DNA from: Bacillota bacterium
GTDB taxonomy: Bacteria > Bacillota > Clostridia > Saccharofermentanales > Fastidiosipilaceae
Assembly (NCBI GenBank): GCA_030057555.1
Contig: JASGUU010000020.1
Span: 5,286 to 69,285, forward strand
Direction: 5' to 3'
Length of the DNA: 64,000 bases
Part shown: positions 1-9,128 of the stretch, piece after piece
Layout of the letters: each line of letters begins with the position of its first letter
How positions within the stretch are numbered: the stretch's first letter is position 1
Translations under genes and position numbers: made by a program
Notes under the pieces: generated by a model
Told to the model about the DNA's origin: nothing
Database searches by the model: none
Seen by the model: the letters and a program-made list of their open reading frames with translations, nothing else

Positions 1-399
1 GGCCGCCGCGACTTCGTGGAACGCGCCCGCCGCGCCCGCAAGTGGCTGGGCGGCGGCTGGCGGCAGGCCGGTGTGATCGCGGCGGCGGGGCTGCTTGCGC
101 TTGAGAACCGTCATGAGGCCGTCCGCGACATTGAGCGCGCACACCGGACGGCCGGACAGCTGGCAGCCCTCGAGGGCTGCCAGATTCTCCCGGAGCGTCT
201 GGCCATCAACATGATCTATCTGCAGCTTCCCGCCGGGCTGGATCGGGCTCTACTCGACGAACTGACCGCCCGCCGGCTGGGTCACTATCCGCCCGAACGC
301 GGTCTCTGGCGCTTTGTCGTCCACCGCGACATCACGGACGAGGCGCTGACGGATCTCGTCGCAGCCGTGGCCGCGGCGCTGGGACAGGCGCAGCCGTGA
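1..399 (+). CDS. ltaE: Low-specificity L-threonine aldolase, C-terminal part (5' end outside window)
   Basis: Frame 1 open from base 1 to TGA 397-399. Translation contains RKWLGGGWRQAGVIAAAGLLAL, the K-x-LGGGxRQAG PLP-lysine region typical of threonine aldolases. Confidence 0.7.
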   Translation, partial: GRRDFVERARRARKWLGGGWRQAGVIAAAGLLALENRHEAVRDIERAHRTAGQLAALEGCQILPERLAINMIYLQLPAGLDRALLDELTARRLGHYPPERGLWRFVVHRDITDEALTDLVAAVAAALGQAQP

Positions 400-459
400 G
401 GCCTGCCCTGCCCGGCCTGCCCGGCCGTGTCCGAACCGCATTCCTGCGCCGATAGCAGA

Positions 460-498
460 GAAGACCCCCGCGCAACAATTCTCTTCGCGGGGGTCTTC
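460..498. terminator. GC-rich hairpin between convergent ltaE and htrA
   Basis: Perfect 13-bp inverted repeat gaagacccccgcg (460-472) / cgcgggggtcttc (486-498) with a 13-nt loop. Only a weak T-tract on either strand. Confidence 0.5.
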
Positions 499-554
499 GC
501 CCTGATCAGATTCTGGACCACTCTGTCGCGGGCCGCGGCAGCGGCCGGATCCGC

Positions 555-1880
555 CTAGTTGGTCCCGGCCGGCTCGAGCGTTAATTCAAGGACGATGATC
601 TCGCCGTTGCGCTCAACAGTCAGCTTGAGCTGCTCACCTATGTCAGTCTGATACTTGATCCTGTTCACATCGTCGACACTCGTGACATCCTGGCCGTTGA
701 CCTGGGTGATGATATCGCGCACCCTGACACCGGCCTTGTCGGCCGGGCTGCCGGGCTGAATCTCGCGCACCAGTACCCCGGGTGTGAGGTCGTAGGGGTT
801 GTTCGCCGGCACATCGGAGCCGGTGATCCCGATCATGGGGCGCTGGACGCTCCCCGACTCCATCAGCTGCTCGGCGATCGGCTGCGCGGTCGAGACGGGG
901 ATTGAGAAGGCGATGCCCTCGACACCGGTGCGGACCGGCTTCGCCACATTGATCCCGACGAGCTCGCCACGCGTGTTGAGCAGAGCCCCTCCGGAGTTGC
1001 CGGAGTTGATCGCAGCATCCACCTGGATGACGCCGTACAGTGTTCCGCTTTCAGTTTCGACATCGCGGTTGAGAGCCGAAACATAACCGGCCGTCACCGT
1101 ACCCTGCAGGTCGCCCAGAGGATTTCCGATCGCAACGATCTGATCGCCGACATGCAGCTCGGAACTGTCACCGAACTCGAGGAAGGGCAGATCCTCCTCA
1201 TCGATTTTCAGGACCGCCAGGTCTGTAACGTCGTCACTGCCAACGAGCTCGGCCTCGTACTCGTTGCCGTCAGCCAGACGCACCTGCACGCTATGGCTGT
1301 TTTCGATGACATGTCTGTTCGTCAGGATATAGCCGTCGGCGGTGATGATGACGCCGGAGCCGGCACCCTCGACCAGCTGGCGGCCAAAGAAGGTGTCCTG
1401 AATGCCTTCCACATAGATGGCCACGACCGCCGGCGATGCCTTTTCGGCGATATCCCGCACACTCATCTGCCCTTCGGCCAGCGTCGCTGCAGGGGGTGCC
1501 GCCGTTTCGGCGGGCAGCACTTCAACACTGGTCGTCACCGGTGTCTCGGTTGTTGCAGCCGCTTTCCCGCCCGTTTCTTCGCCCGTCGTCGCCAGCAGGT
1601 TCACGGCGAGAAAACCGCCGGCCAGTCCCGAGAGCAGTGAACTGCCGAGTATGGCGGCCACGATACCGAGTGCACGTCCGCGCCGTGGCCTTCCGCCGCG
1701 CTTCGGCCCCCTGACCGGGGGCGGTGACACCCGGCCGGCATTGCCGTCCGGCTGCGGCATCCAGCCGGAGGCCGGCGCCTGCCGATTCTGCCAGCCTGTC
1801 GGCGCCTGGGTATTCTGCCAGCCCGGACGCGGCTCCTGTTCCGGCTGCTGATTGTTGTACTGGAGATTGTTATCCATCAT
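555..1880 (-). CDS. htrA: HtrA/DegP-family serine protease with N-terminal membrane anchor and C-terminal PDZ domain
   Basis: Trypsin-like S1C motifs (TNRHV, DLAVLK, GNSGGALLN) followed by a PDZ-like C-terminus. Start moved to ATG 1880 (MMDNNLQ) because GGAGGAGG lies 9 nt upstream. Confidence 0.9.
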   Translation of the reverse strand: MMDNNLQYNNQQPEQEPRPGWQNTQAPTGWQNRQAPASGWMPQPDGNAGRVSPPPVRGPKRGGRPRRGRALGIVAAILGSSLLSGLAGGFLAVNLLATTGEETGGKAAATTETPVTTSVEVLPAETAAPPAATLAEGQMSVRDIAEKASPAVVAIYVEGIQDTFFGRQLVEGAGSGVIITADGYILTNRHVIENSHSVQVRLADGNEYEAELVGSDDVTDLAVLKIDEEDLPFLEFGDSSELHVGDQIVAIGNPLGDLQGTVTAGYVSALNRDVETESGTLYGVIQVDAAINSGNSGGALLNTRGELVGINVAKPVRTGVEGIAFSIPVSTAQPIAEQLMESGSVQRPMIGITGSDVPANNPYDLTPGVLVREIQPGSPADKAGVRVRDIITQVNGQDVTSVDDVNRIKYQTDIGEQLKLTVERNGEIIVLELTLEPAGTN

Positions 1881-2030
1881 TCCGTTTCTGCCTCCTCCTG
1901 CGGACAAAGGGCGCGGAGCTTCTCCTGCCAACCCCTGTTCTCATTCACTGTTCACAGTTTAGCGGGCGAGGCTGTAACGATTCTGAACCGGACCACTCCG
2001 GACGTAAAATTTCCGTGAACGAAAAGCAGC

Positions 2031-3374
2031 CTAGGACTGATACCAGTCCCTGGCCTGAGGACCGCGCCGCGGACGTTCGAGAAAGCGACGCACCAGGGTT
2101 CGCTCGTAGGTGAAGCGGCGGAAGCCCTCATGGCCGAGGTACTGCCCGTGCCCGGCCTGACCGGGGGCGCCGTGGCTGGGCGCGAGCGGCAGCGAGGCGG
2201 GCAGGCTGTTGAGGCAGATCTGTCCGGCCATCAGGGCCTTTGACACGAGCTTCCAGTCCTGCTGGCGTCTCGTGAAAACCGCGGCCATGAGAGGATGCGG
2301 CAGCAGGTTGAGGCGGCTCACCTGGCCGGCCAGATTGTCAAAGCCGAGCACGGGCAAAATGGGGCCAAAGACCTCCTGGCGCATGATCGGACTGTTGTAG
2401 TCCACACGATCGAGGACGGTCAGTTCGATCTGCCGCGTCTGGTCGTTGGAACGCCCGCCCCAGACGATACGGCCGCTCGGCAGCAGCTCGCGCAGGCGCA
2501 GGTACTGTTCATGGTCGAGCGCAGGCTGGTAGGAAGGGTCGTGGAGGCTGTCAGCTGCGGTAGAGTAGCGCAGATGCCAGCTGAGACGTTCCAGAAAGGC
2601 CTCCATAATGCCTTCGTCAACCAGGCAGTAGTCCGGTGCCAGGCAGTCCTGGCCACAGTTGATGCGCTTCGCCTGCAGGATGCTGTGGGCCGCCTGGTCG
2701 AGGTCGGCGTCGCGGCAGACAATAACCGGATTCTTCCCCCCCAGCTGCAGCGTCAGCGGTGTCAGGCGACGGCTGGCAATGCGCATGATGCGCGCCGCCG
2801 AGACCGGATTGCCGGTCATGACGATATGACTGAGCGCCTCGGCGGCGAGGCGTTCGGCGAGCTGGTGATCTCCGTCGATAACCGTCACATAGCTGGCGGG
2901 AAAGGCCTCGGCGATCACAGCGGCGAGAATATCGGAGAAGGCCTGCTGACCCGGCGCCGGTTTAAGGATGACGCAGTTGCCGGCGGCGAGTGCGTCCACA
3001 GCCGGCAGCAGAGTATAGCGCAGCGGCCAGGCGGCGTTGCCGAAGATGGCTATCACCCCCTGGGGTTCGCGTGTCGCCTCATAGCAGCAAAGCCTGCCAT
3101 GATGCCAGACGAGCCGGCGCCGGGGCCGCATCCAGGCGGACAGCCGGCGGCGGCAGCGGGCAATTTCGTCATGGATGGGCACGAGCTCGCTCTGCCATGT
3201 CTCGTTCTCGGAGCGGCCGAGGACGACATGGATGGAGGCGGACAGCGGCTCACGGTAGGCCCGCAGAAAGCGATCCAGGGTCGCCAGTGCCTGGCGACGG
3301 GCTCGCAGACTGCGGGTCTGACCGGAGAGAAACCAGCTGTGCTGGGCCTTGACGCGTTCGCGAAGCGGAATCAA
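2031..3374 (-). CDS. Aldehyde dehydrogenase, class-3-like
   Basis: ALDH family motifs LQLGGKNPVIV and NCGQDCLAPDY (catalytic Cys). Length 447 aa. TTG start with no clear SD, so the start is uncertain. Confidence 0.85.
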   Translation of the reverse strand: MIPLRERVKAQHSWFLSGQTRSLRARRQALATLDRFLRAYREPLSASIHVVLGRSENETWQSELVPIHDEIARCRRRLSAWMRPRRRLVWHHGRLCCYEATREPQGVIAIFGNAAWPLRYTLLPAVDALAAGNCVILKPAPGQQAFSDILAAVIAEAFPASYVTVIDGDHQLAERLAAEALSHIVMTGNPVSAARIMRIASRRLTPLTLQLGGKNPVIVCRDADLDQAAHSILQAKRINCGQDCLAPDYCLVDEGIMEAFLERLSWHLRYSTAADSLHDPSYQPALDHEQYLRLRELLPSGRIVWGGRSNDQTRQIELTVLDRVDYNSPIMRQEVFGPILPVLGFDNLAGQVSRLNLLPHPLMAAVFTRRQQDWKLVSKALMAGQICLNSLPASLPLAPSHGAPGQAGHGQYLGHEGFRRFTYERTLVRRFLERPRRGPQARDWYQS

Positions 3375-3391
3375 CGGATCATCCGGGCTTT

Positions 3392-4861
3392 CTAGCTGAG
3401 CTGCGAGGGCGCGACGATGGTCTCCTCTTCGGAGAGAACTGCGGCGACGCGCATGGTGTTGGTCGTCCCGCTGCGTCCGACGGGCGTGCCGGCGGAGATG
3501 ACGACGAGGTCGCCCTCGTTTACCAGGCCGGTGTCGCGGGCCGCCGCAATCGAACTCGTGAAGAGTTCGTCCGTTGTCTCCACCTCGGGAATCACACAGG
3601 GCTCGACGCCCCAGGTCAGGGCCAGCTGCCGGCTCTGGCGCTCGCCGATGGTCGGCGCGATAATCGGCGCCTCGGGGCGGAAGCGCGCGATCAGGCGGGC
3701 GGTGCGGCCCGAGTGCGTGACCGCGATGATGGCCGCAGCCGAGAGGTCGCGGGCGGTCATGCAGCAGGCATGGCTGACGGCGTTCGTGATGCTCGGCAGC
3801 AGGTCAAACGTCGTGCGCTCAAAGATGTCCCAGTAGTCGATATTGGCCTCGGTAAAGAGGGCAATCTCGCGCATCATCTTCACCGCTTCAACGGGGTAGC
3901 GGCCGCTCGCCGTTTCACCGGAAAGCATGACGGCTGACGTGCCGTCGAGAATGGCGTTGGCGACGTCGCTGACCTCGGCCCTGGTCGGACGGGGATTGCG
4001 CTGCATCGAGTCGAGCATTTCCGTGGCGGTGATGCAGGATTTTCCGCGCATGTAGCAGCTGCGGATCATGCGCTTCTGCATCGTCGGAACCTCATAGCTC
4101 GGGATCTCGACACCGAGGTCGCCGCGGGCCACCATGATGCCGTCGGCGGCATCGAGGATGCCTTCGAAGTTGCGGATGCCCTGGCGGTTCTCAATCTTCG
4201 CGATGAGCTGGATGTCGGGGGCACCGGACTCCTTCAGCAGCTCGCGGATGGCAAAGATGTCGGATGCCGAGCGCACGAAGGAGACAGCGATGAAGTCAAA
4301 GCCCTCCTTGGCGGCGAAGCGGATATCGGAGATGTCCGCCTGCGAGAGAGAGGGCAGCTTGAGGGCTACGCCCGGGAAGTTAAGCGACTTGCGGTTCGAG
4401 ATGTCGCCGCCGTTGATCACGTTGAGACAGATGTCACGGCCCTCGATACGCTCGACGGTCATTTCGATGCGCCCGTCGTCCAGCAGGACGGTGTCGCCGA
4501 CCTTGAGATCGCGGTCGAGATCCTTATAGGTTACGGAAAAGGCGTCATGGCTGCCGACGACATCGTTCTGGTAAATCCAGACGGTAGAGCCGGTCTCAAA
4601 GGTGGCTTTGCCTCCCTCAAAGGTGCCCGTGCGCACCTCAGGCCCCCTGGTGTCCATCATGATGGCGACATGCTTGCCCTCTTCATCGCGGATGCGCTTG
4701 ATGAGGTCAACCTTTACCTTGTGACCACGCTGGTCATCATGGGAAAAGTTCAGGCGGCAGACGTTGATGCCCTCGCGAATCAGAGCGCGAAGAGTATCTT
4801 CATCCTGACTCGCGGGTCCGATGGTTGCAACAATTTTAGTTTTCCTAGCGGCTGGCTTCAT
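3392..4861 (-). CDS. pyk: Pyruvate kinase
   Basis: KTKIVATIGPAS, NFSHD and MVARGDLGVEIP motifs. Start set at ATG 4861 (MKPAARKTKIV), preceded by AAGGAGA. Confidence 0.95.
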   Translation of the reverse strand: MKPAARKTKIVATIGPASQDEDTLRALIREGINVCRLNFSHDDQRGHKVKVDLIKRIRDEEGKHVAIMMDTRGPEVRTGTFEGGKATFETGSTVWIYQNDVVGSHDAFSVTYKDLDRDLKVGDTVLLDDGRIEMTVERIEGRDICLNVINGGDISNRKSLNFPGVALKLPSLSQADISDIRFAAKEGFDFIAVSFVRSASDIFAIRELLKESGAPDIQLIAKIENRQGIRNFEGILDAADGIMVARGDLGVEIPSYEVPTMQKRMIRSCYMRGKSCITATEMLDSMQRNPRPTRAEVSDVANAILDGTSAVMLSGETASGRYPVEAVKMMREIALFTEANIDYWDIFERTTFDLLPSITNAVSHACCMTARDLSAAAIIAVTHSGRTARLIARFRPEAPIIAPTIGERQSRQLALTWGVEPCVIPEVETTDELFTSSIAAARDTGLVNEGDLVVISAGTPVGRSGTTNTMRVAAVLSEEETIVAPSQLS

Positions 4862-5525
4862 GGACGATCTCCTTTTCTGTGCGTTGCGGGCGGTTGGCGA
4901 ACAGATGGCGGATCCGGTATCGCAGGCGGTGGAAGAGGGCTTCGGCTCCCACATGCAGACGATCCGAAAGAGCCTGGGCGAGTGTCACGAGTTTGAGGTA
5001 GAGAATCGGCAGACTGGTCAGTATAAGAAGGGCTCCGAGGAAGACAGCGATACCGAGGAGAACCAGGAGCAGCGAACTCGCGATGAGGCCAAACACCTGA
5101 TTCATCTCGGTGTTGCGCTCAATAAAACTGCCGGCCGTATCATCGAGAAACTGAAGGAGGGCCGGCAGCAGGTTTTCCGTATCCACGCGCGTCGAAGGGA
5201 CAAACCAGGACCAGATGGCGAGGAGAGCGGTGGCGTACTTCAGAGCGTGGAGTGCGAGGACCGGAAAGCGGGCGATCAGGGGCAGACGATAGTAGAAGCG
5301 CGACAGCAGGGGCAGAACGATGACAAGCAGGAGCGTCAGAGCAAACCAGAAGGAGCTGCCGCCCGGCCAGGGCAGTGTCCCCGCGCGGTTCATGCGCAGG
5401 ACGAGGGCGGCTGTCAGGAGCCAGAACGCAAAGCTCGACCAGAGCCAGACGCCCGTGTGGCGACGGTTCTCGTAATCGGTATCGCTCCAGATACGTCCCA
5501 GCAGGGCACCCTCGAGATAGTCCAT
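4845..5525 (-). CDS. Multi-pass membrane protein, unknown function
   Basis: Several long hydrophobic segments and co-directional with pyk (17-nt overlap). Start ambiguous (ATG 5525 or TTG 5555). No family recognised. Confidence 0.5.
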   Translation of the reverse strand: MDYLEGALLGRIWSDTDYENRRHTGVWLWSSFAFWLLTAALVLRMNRAGTLPWPGGSSFWFALTLLLVIVLPLLSRFYYRLPLIARFPVLALHALKYATALLAIWSWFVPSTRVDTENLLPALLQFLDDTAGSFIERNTEMNQVFGLIASSLLLVLLGIAVFLGALLILTSLPILYLKLVTLAQALSDRLHVGAEALFHRLRYRIRHLFANRPQRTEKEIVHEASR

Positions 5526-5590
5526 CGCGTATGGTCCGCTCCTCTCTACATGCAAATCAGAATCATTTTAGCAGATGCTATGATGCTTTT

Positions 5591-6325
5591 ATGAGACTCG
5601 ACACACTTCTGGCCCGCAGCGGCCTCGGCAGCCGTCGCGATGTCGCCCGCCTGATCCGCTCCGGAGCGGTCACGCTGGACGGCCGGACCCTGCTCGACGC
5701 GGCCACTGCGGTGAGTGCGGAGGAAGCCGGCCGGCTCCTGCTCGACGGCGAGGCGCCCGTTCTCGTGCGCCACCATCATCTGCTGCTGAACAAGCCCGCA
5801 GGCGTGCTCACCGCCCTCCACGACGCCCGTGAAGCAGCGGTCGGGGACTGGCTGACTCCGGTTCTGCGACAGCGCGGTGTAGCGCCCGTGGGCCGCCTCG
5901 ACCGTGATACCACCGGCCTGCTGCTGCTGACGAGCGACGGCCAGCTCGCCCACCGCCTGATGTCGCCGCGCTGGGGAATCGAGAAGGAATACCGTGTACG
6001 CCATGGCGGCGCCCCGCTGACGGCAGCGGAAGTCGCACGTTTCGCCGCCGGCATGCAGCTCGCCGATGGCCCCGTCCGCCCCTGCCGCCTCGAGATACTG
6101 GCTCCGGACAGCGCAATCATTGTGGTGAGCGAAGGGCGCAACCGCCTGGTGCGCCGTCTTTTTGACGCGATCGGGCGGCCGGTGCTGGCACTGGAGCGCC
6201 TCCGTATCGGTCCGCTCCACCTCGGCTCCGACGATCGCTGCGGTGAGCTTCGTCGCCTGGATGCCGCAGAAACAGCTGCCCTCTACGAGGCGGTCGAGCT
6301 CAAGGAACCGGGGCTTTTCGATTAG
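5591..6325 (+). CDS. Pseudouridine synthase, RsuA/RluB family (S4 domain + catalytic GRLDxxTxGLLLLT)
   Basis: MRLDTLLARSGLGSRRDVARLIRSGAVTLDG (S4-like) and GRLDRDTTGLLLLTSDG (catalytic Asp motif). ORF trimmed to ATG 5591. Confidence 0.9.
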   Translation: MRLDTLLARSGLGSRRDVARLIRSGAVTLDGRTLLDAATAVSAEEAGRLLLDGEAPVLVRHHHLLLNKPAGVLTALHDAREAAVGDWLTPVLRQRGVAPVGRLDRDTTGLLLLTSDGQLAHRLMSPRWGIEKEYRVRHGGAPLTAAEVARFAAGMQLADGPVRPCRLEILAPDSAIIVVSEGRNRLVRRLFDAIGRPVLALERLRIGPLHLGSDDRCGELRRLDAAETAALYEAVELKEPGLFD

Positions 6326-6477
6326 TGCGGGGCGGCCTCGAGAATCTGGCGAACGTTCCGCGCGCCGTGTGCGGCCGGGGCGGACGCTCCGGATTTGTCA
6401 TGCGTTTGGGCCCGACACCATCCGATGGTATAAACTACGCTATATTAAATTAACTAAATCATCATGGAGGCAAAGCG

Positions 6478-7452
6478 ATGAACAAGGTAGAACGTTTGAC
6501 CCGTGCATTTTCCGGCCAGCCCGTGGACCGGGTGCCATTCAGCTTCTGGTATCACTTTCAGCAGGAGCGTCTGGGTGATGACAATGGCCTGAAAGCCCAC
6601 ATGGACTACTATCGTTCCTCCGGTGTGGACTACATGAAGATCATGTCGGACGGCTATGGCGCGCCGGCAGATTACTCCGGCGTGAAAAAGGCCTCGGACT
6701 GGGCGAGAATTCCCCGCGGTGGCAAAAACAGCCGCTACTTCGTCGGGCAGCTCGACAGGGTCAAGCGCATCAACGACGCGCTGCAGGGCGACTGTCTGAC
6801 CTTCTACAACATTTTTGCACCCTTCTCGCTGATGCGACAGGACAATCGTGAGGAAATGGTCATGCAGCACCTGAAGGAGGACAGGAAGAGCGTGCTTCAG
6901 GGACTCGAGATCATTTCCGACGACGTGCTCGAGCTGGCCGCAGCCCTGATGACCGAGGGCGGCTGTGCAGGGATCTACATGGCCCTGCAGGGCGGAGAGA
7001 AATGGCGTTTTTCGCCGGAGGAGTACGCGGAGATCGTCGCCCCCAGCGACCTGAAAGTACTGAACGGCGCCAGAAGCATACGCGACATGAATATCGCCCA
7101 CCTCTGCGGCTGGGCCGGTGATCCCAACAATCTGGAAATCTGGAAGGACTATCCGGCCCGTGCGTTCAACTGGGCCATCTTCATCGAGGGTGTCAATCTG
7201 GTGGAGGGCAGGCGCTACTTCGGGGGCAGGACCGTAATCGGCGGCTTCGATAACAGGCACGGCGCCCTGCTGCACAAAGCCGGCTCAAAGGAGGAAGTGA
7301 AGGACTTTGCCAGGCAGACGGTGCTGGATTATGAGGCTGCTTTCGGCAGCAGGCAGGGTCTCATCATCGGAGCAGACTGCACCATCCCGTCCGATGTGGA
7401 TGACAGCAGATTCCGCTGGGTCCTGGAAGCGCTGGAGGAGCTCGGCGCCTAG
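6478..7452 (+). CDS. Uroporphyrinogen decarboxylase (URO-D)/MtaA-like family protein
   Basis: Length, N-terminal RLxxAxxGxPxDRVP pattern and overall resemblance to URO-D-like proteins. SD GGAGG 8 nt upstream of the ATG. Confidence 0.7.
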   Translation: MNKVERLTRAFSGQPVDRVPFSFWYHFQQERLGDDNGLKAHMDYYRSSGVDYMKIMSDGYGAPADYSGVKKASDWARIPRGGKNSRYFVGQLDRVKRINDALQGDCLTFYNIFAPFSLMRQDNREEMVMQHLKEDRKSVLQGLEIISDDVLELAAALMTEGGCAGIYMALQGGEKWRFSPEEYAEIVAPSDLKVLNGARSIRDMNIAHLCGWAGDPNNLEIWKDYPARAFNWAIFIEGVNLVEGRRYFGGRTVIGGFDNRHGALLHKAGSKEEVKDFARQTVLDYEAAFGSRQGLIIGADCTIPSDVDDSRFRWVLEALEELGA

Positions 7453-8117
7453 ACCTCATCTCAGGCCTGCTCCGGCCACACGGAGCCGGCCTTGAGCCGA
7501 GCCCTGAACCCTGCAGCCTGTTCTCAAGCGCCTGCTGGCGCTGCAAAAGCATCGGGGCCCCCGTACAGGACACGTCCGGCACCCCTGAGATGAGACTGAG
7601 GGAATAAGACAACCTGTCTGAGACCACAACATGGACTGCACACCGGAAAAATGGATGAAACACGTTTTGAGGTGTGCTGTGTACCGAACATTTCAGGCCG
7701 CCCGCCTCGGACCGAAGAAGCTTCCCTTCCCGATGCCGGTTACGAACCGGATTGGGGACGAAATGGCCTTTGCCCGACTGGTGGATGAAAAGATTCACTG
7801 AGATTCCAGGCAGTGGAATAGCAGCCCTGGCGCCTTGCCTCATGTGCTGATCCTTTCGACCACGACAGAGAACGGCAGGAGGCGCACCCAGGCGGGAAGC
7901 GGATGGTCGGCCGGGGCAGCCAGGCTCTGACAATTTCTGCCTGTCACCAGTTCTGCGACAAGAGCAAGGGCATCCATCAGGAGAAGACGGGATACGGGAG
8001 CTATGACATCCATGGCATGGCTGACCCAGCGCTTATTCTTTTGGATCTCCTCAAACTCGAGCATGTCAAGCTCACGGAGTGTCTGTGGACCATGCATGGT
8101 GTTGCTACCAGGGAGCC

Positions 8118-8927
8118 GCCTGCCCTTTTAAGCGACAGCAATGAAACGGAGCAAAGCTGCACCCAGAAAGCGCGCGTGTCTGACTGCATCCGCAGGCAGA
8201 CAAGCTCATGTGGCCACTCACGGACAGGAAAAACGAAAGTTCGCCGCCGACCCCGGCGGATGCATGTTCCTTCGACAAAACGGGGTGCAAGTCAGGAGTT
8301 TCGGGAAGCGGTTGAGCATGCAAGGAGGACGGCTGGCAGGGAAAAAGCAGCCTGCGGACTTCTGGTGGTCAAAACGAAGAGTAATCCAAAAAACAATTTG
8401 GATTACTCGTTATCCTGACCACAAAAGGGGGGGTTCTGGTCAACTTTGGGAGTTATCCAAAAAATAATTTGGATTTCTCGCGATCCTGACCACAAAGGGG
8501 GCGTTTCTGGTCAACTTTGGGAGTAATCCAAAAAACAATTTGGATTACTCGTCATCCTGACCACAAAAGGGTGGTTTCTGGTCAACTTTGGGAGTTCGCC
8601 AAAAAACAATTTGGATTACTCGCGATCCTGACCACAAAGGGGCTGTTTCTGGTCAAAACGAAGAGTAATCCAAAAAATGATTTGGCAAAGTCTCCATCTT
8701 GACCACGAGAGGCGCGCTGCTTATCAGAATCGCCTTTATCACACGACAACAGGGCAACAGAATCTGGATTGCTTCACAATCTTCTGGAACGTGCCAGACC
8801 GTGCCTGTCTGCCTCGCTGCCCGCTATCCTATTCCTATCCCATTCACATTCCGGCCGTCTGTGAGTCTGGCCGCTACGCCGGCACATGGAGAAGGGATTT
8901 CTCCTGCGCCTGCATGCAGACTGCGCT
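8118..8927 (+). repeat. Modular non-coding dispersed element, copy 1 (left arm, 4.5 x 71-nt array, right arm)
   Basis: Aligns by eye end to end with the reverse complement of 37055-37498. No ORF is conserved between the copies. Confidence 0.75.
8367..8710 (+). repeat. Tandem array of 71-nt double-hairpin units (4.5 copies)
   Basis: Unit starts ggtcaa at 8367, 8438, 8509, 8580 and 8651. Each unit holds gagtaatccaaa-aaacaa-tttggattactc plus tgacca-N15-tggtca. Confidence 0.9.
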
Positions 8928-9128
8928 AAAGCTTCGATGTTTCAGGTGTTTAGGAAGGCTCAAAAAGGTTTGACTTGTCCCGACAACAAATACGACATGC
9001 CCCCCAAATGGAGCTTAAATGAACTACAGGGTGCCGGATGTGTAGTACAGGGGGCCCTTCATCTGGTTCTGCACTGCCTGTACAGGATTCCTGTCTGTCG
9101 GGGAGCACCGGGGCACCTGCCTGCCGCT

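Noticed and set aside
7631-8097. Annotating the 56-aa (+) and 85-aa (-) ORFs as genes
   Set aside because: Neither has an SD or a recognisable family, and they sit in low-GC decayed-looking DNA. They are kept only as a finding.
8141-8702. ORFs running through the repeat arrays (8141..8467, 8517..8702, 8677..8973, 21711..22511, 22148..22438, 37140..37358)
   Set aside because: Their peptides are just translations of the repeat units (for example VIQKTIWITR.PDHKR). They have no SD. The frame is not conserved between the two element copies.
8367-8710. CRISPR array hypothesis for the 71-nt periodic arrays (also 22386-22640)
   Set aside because: The whole 71-nt unit is repeated at 80-90% identity, so there are no unique spacers. 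The period and hairpin-pair content do not fit 28-37-nt repeats, and there are no cas genes or leader in the window.
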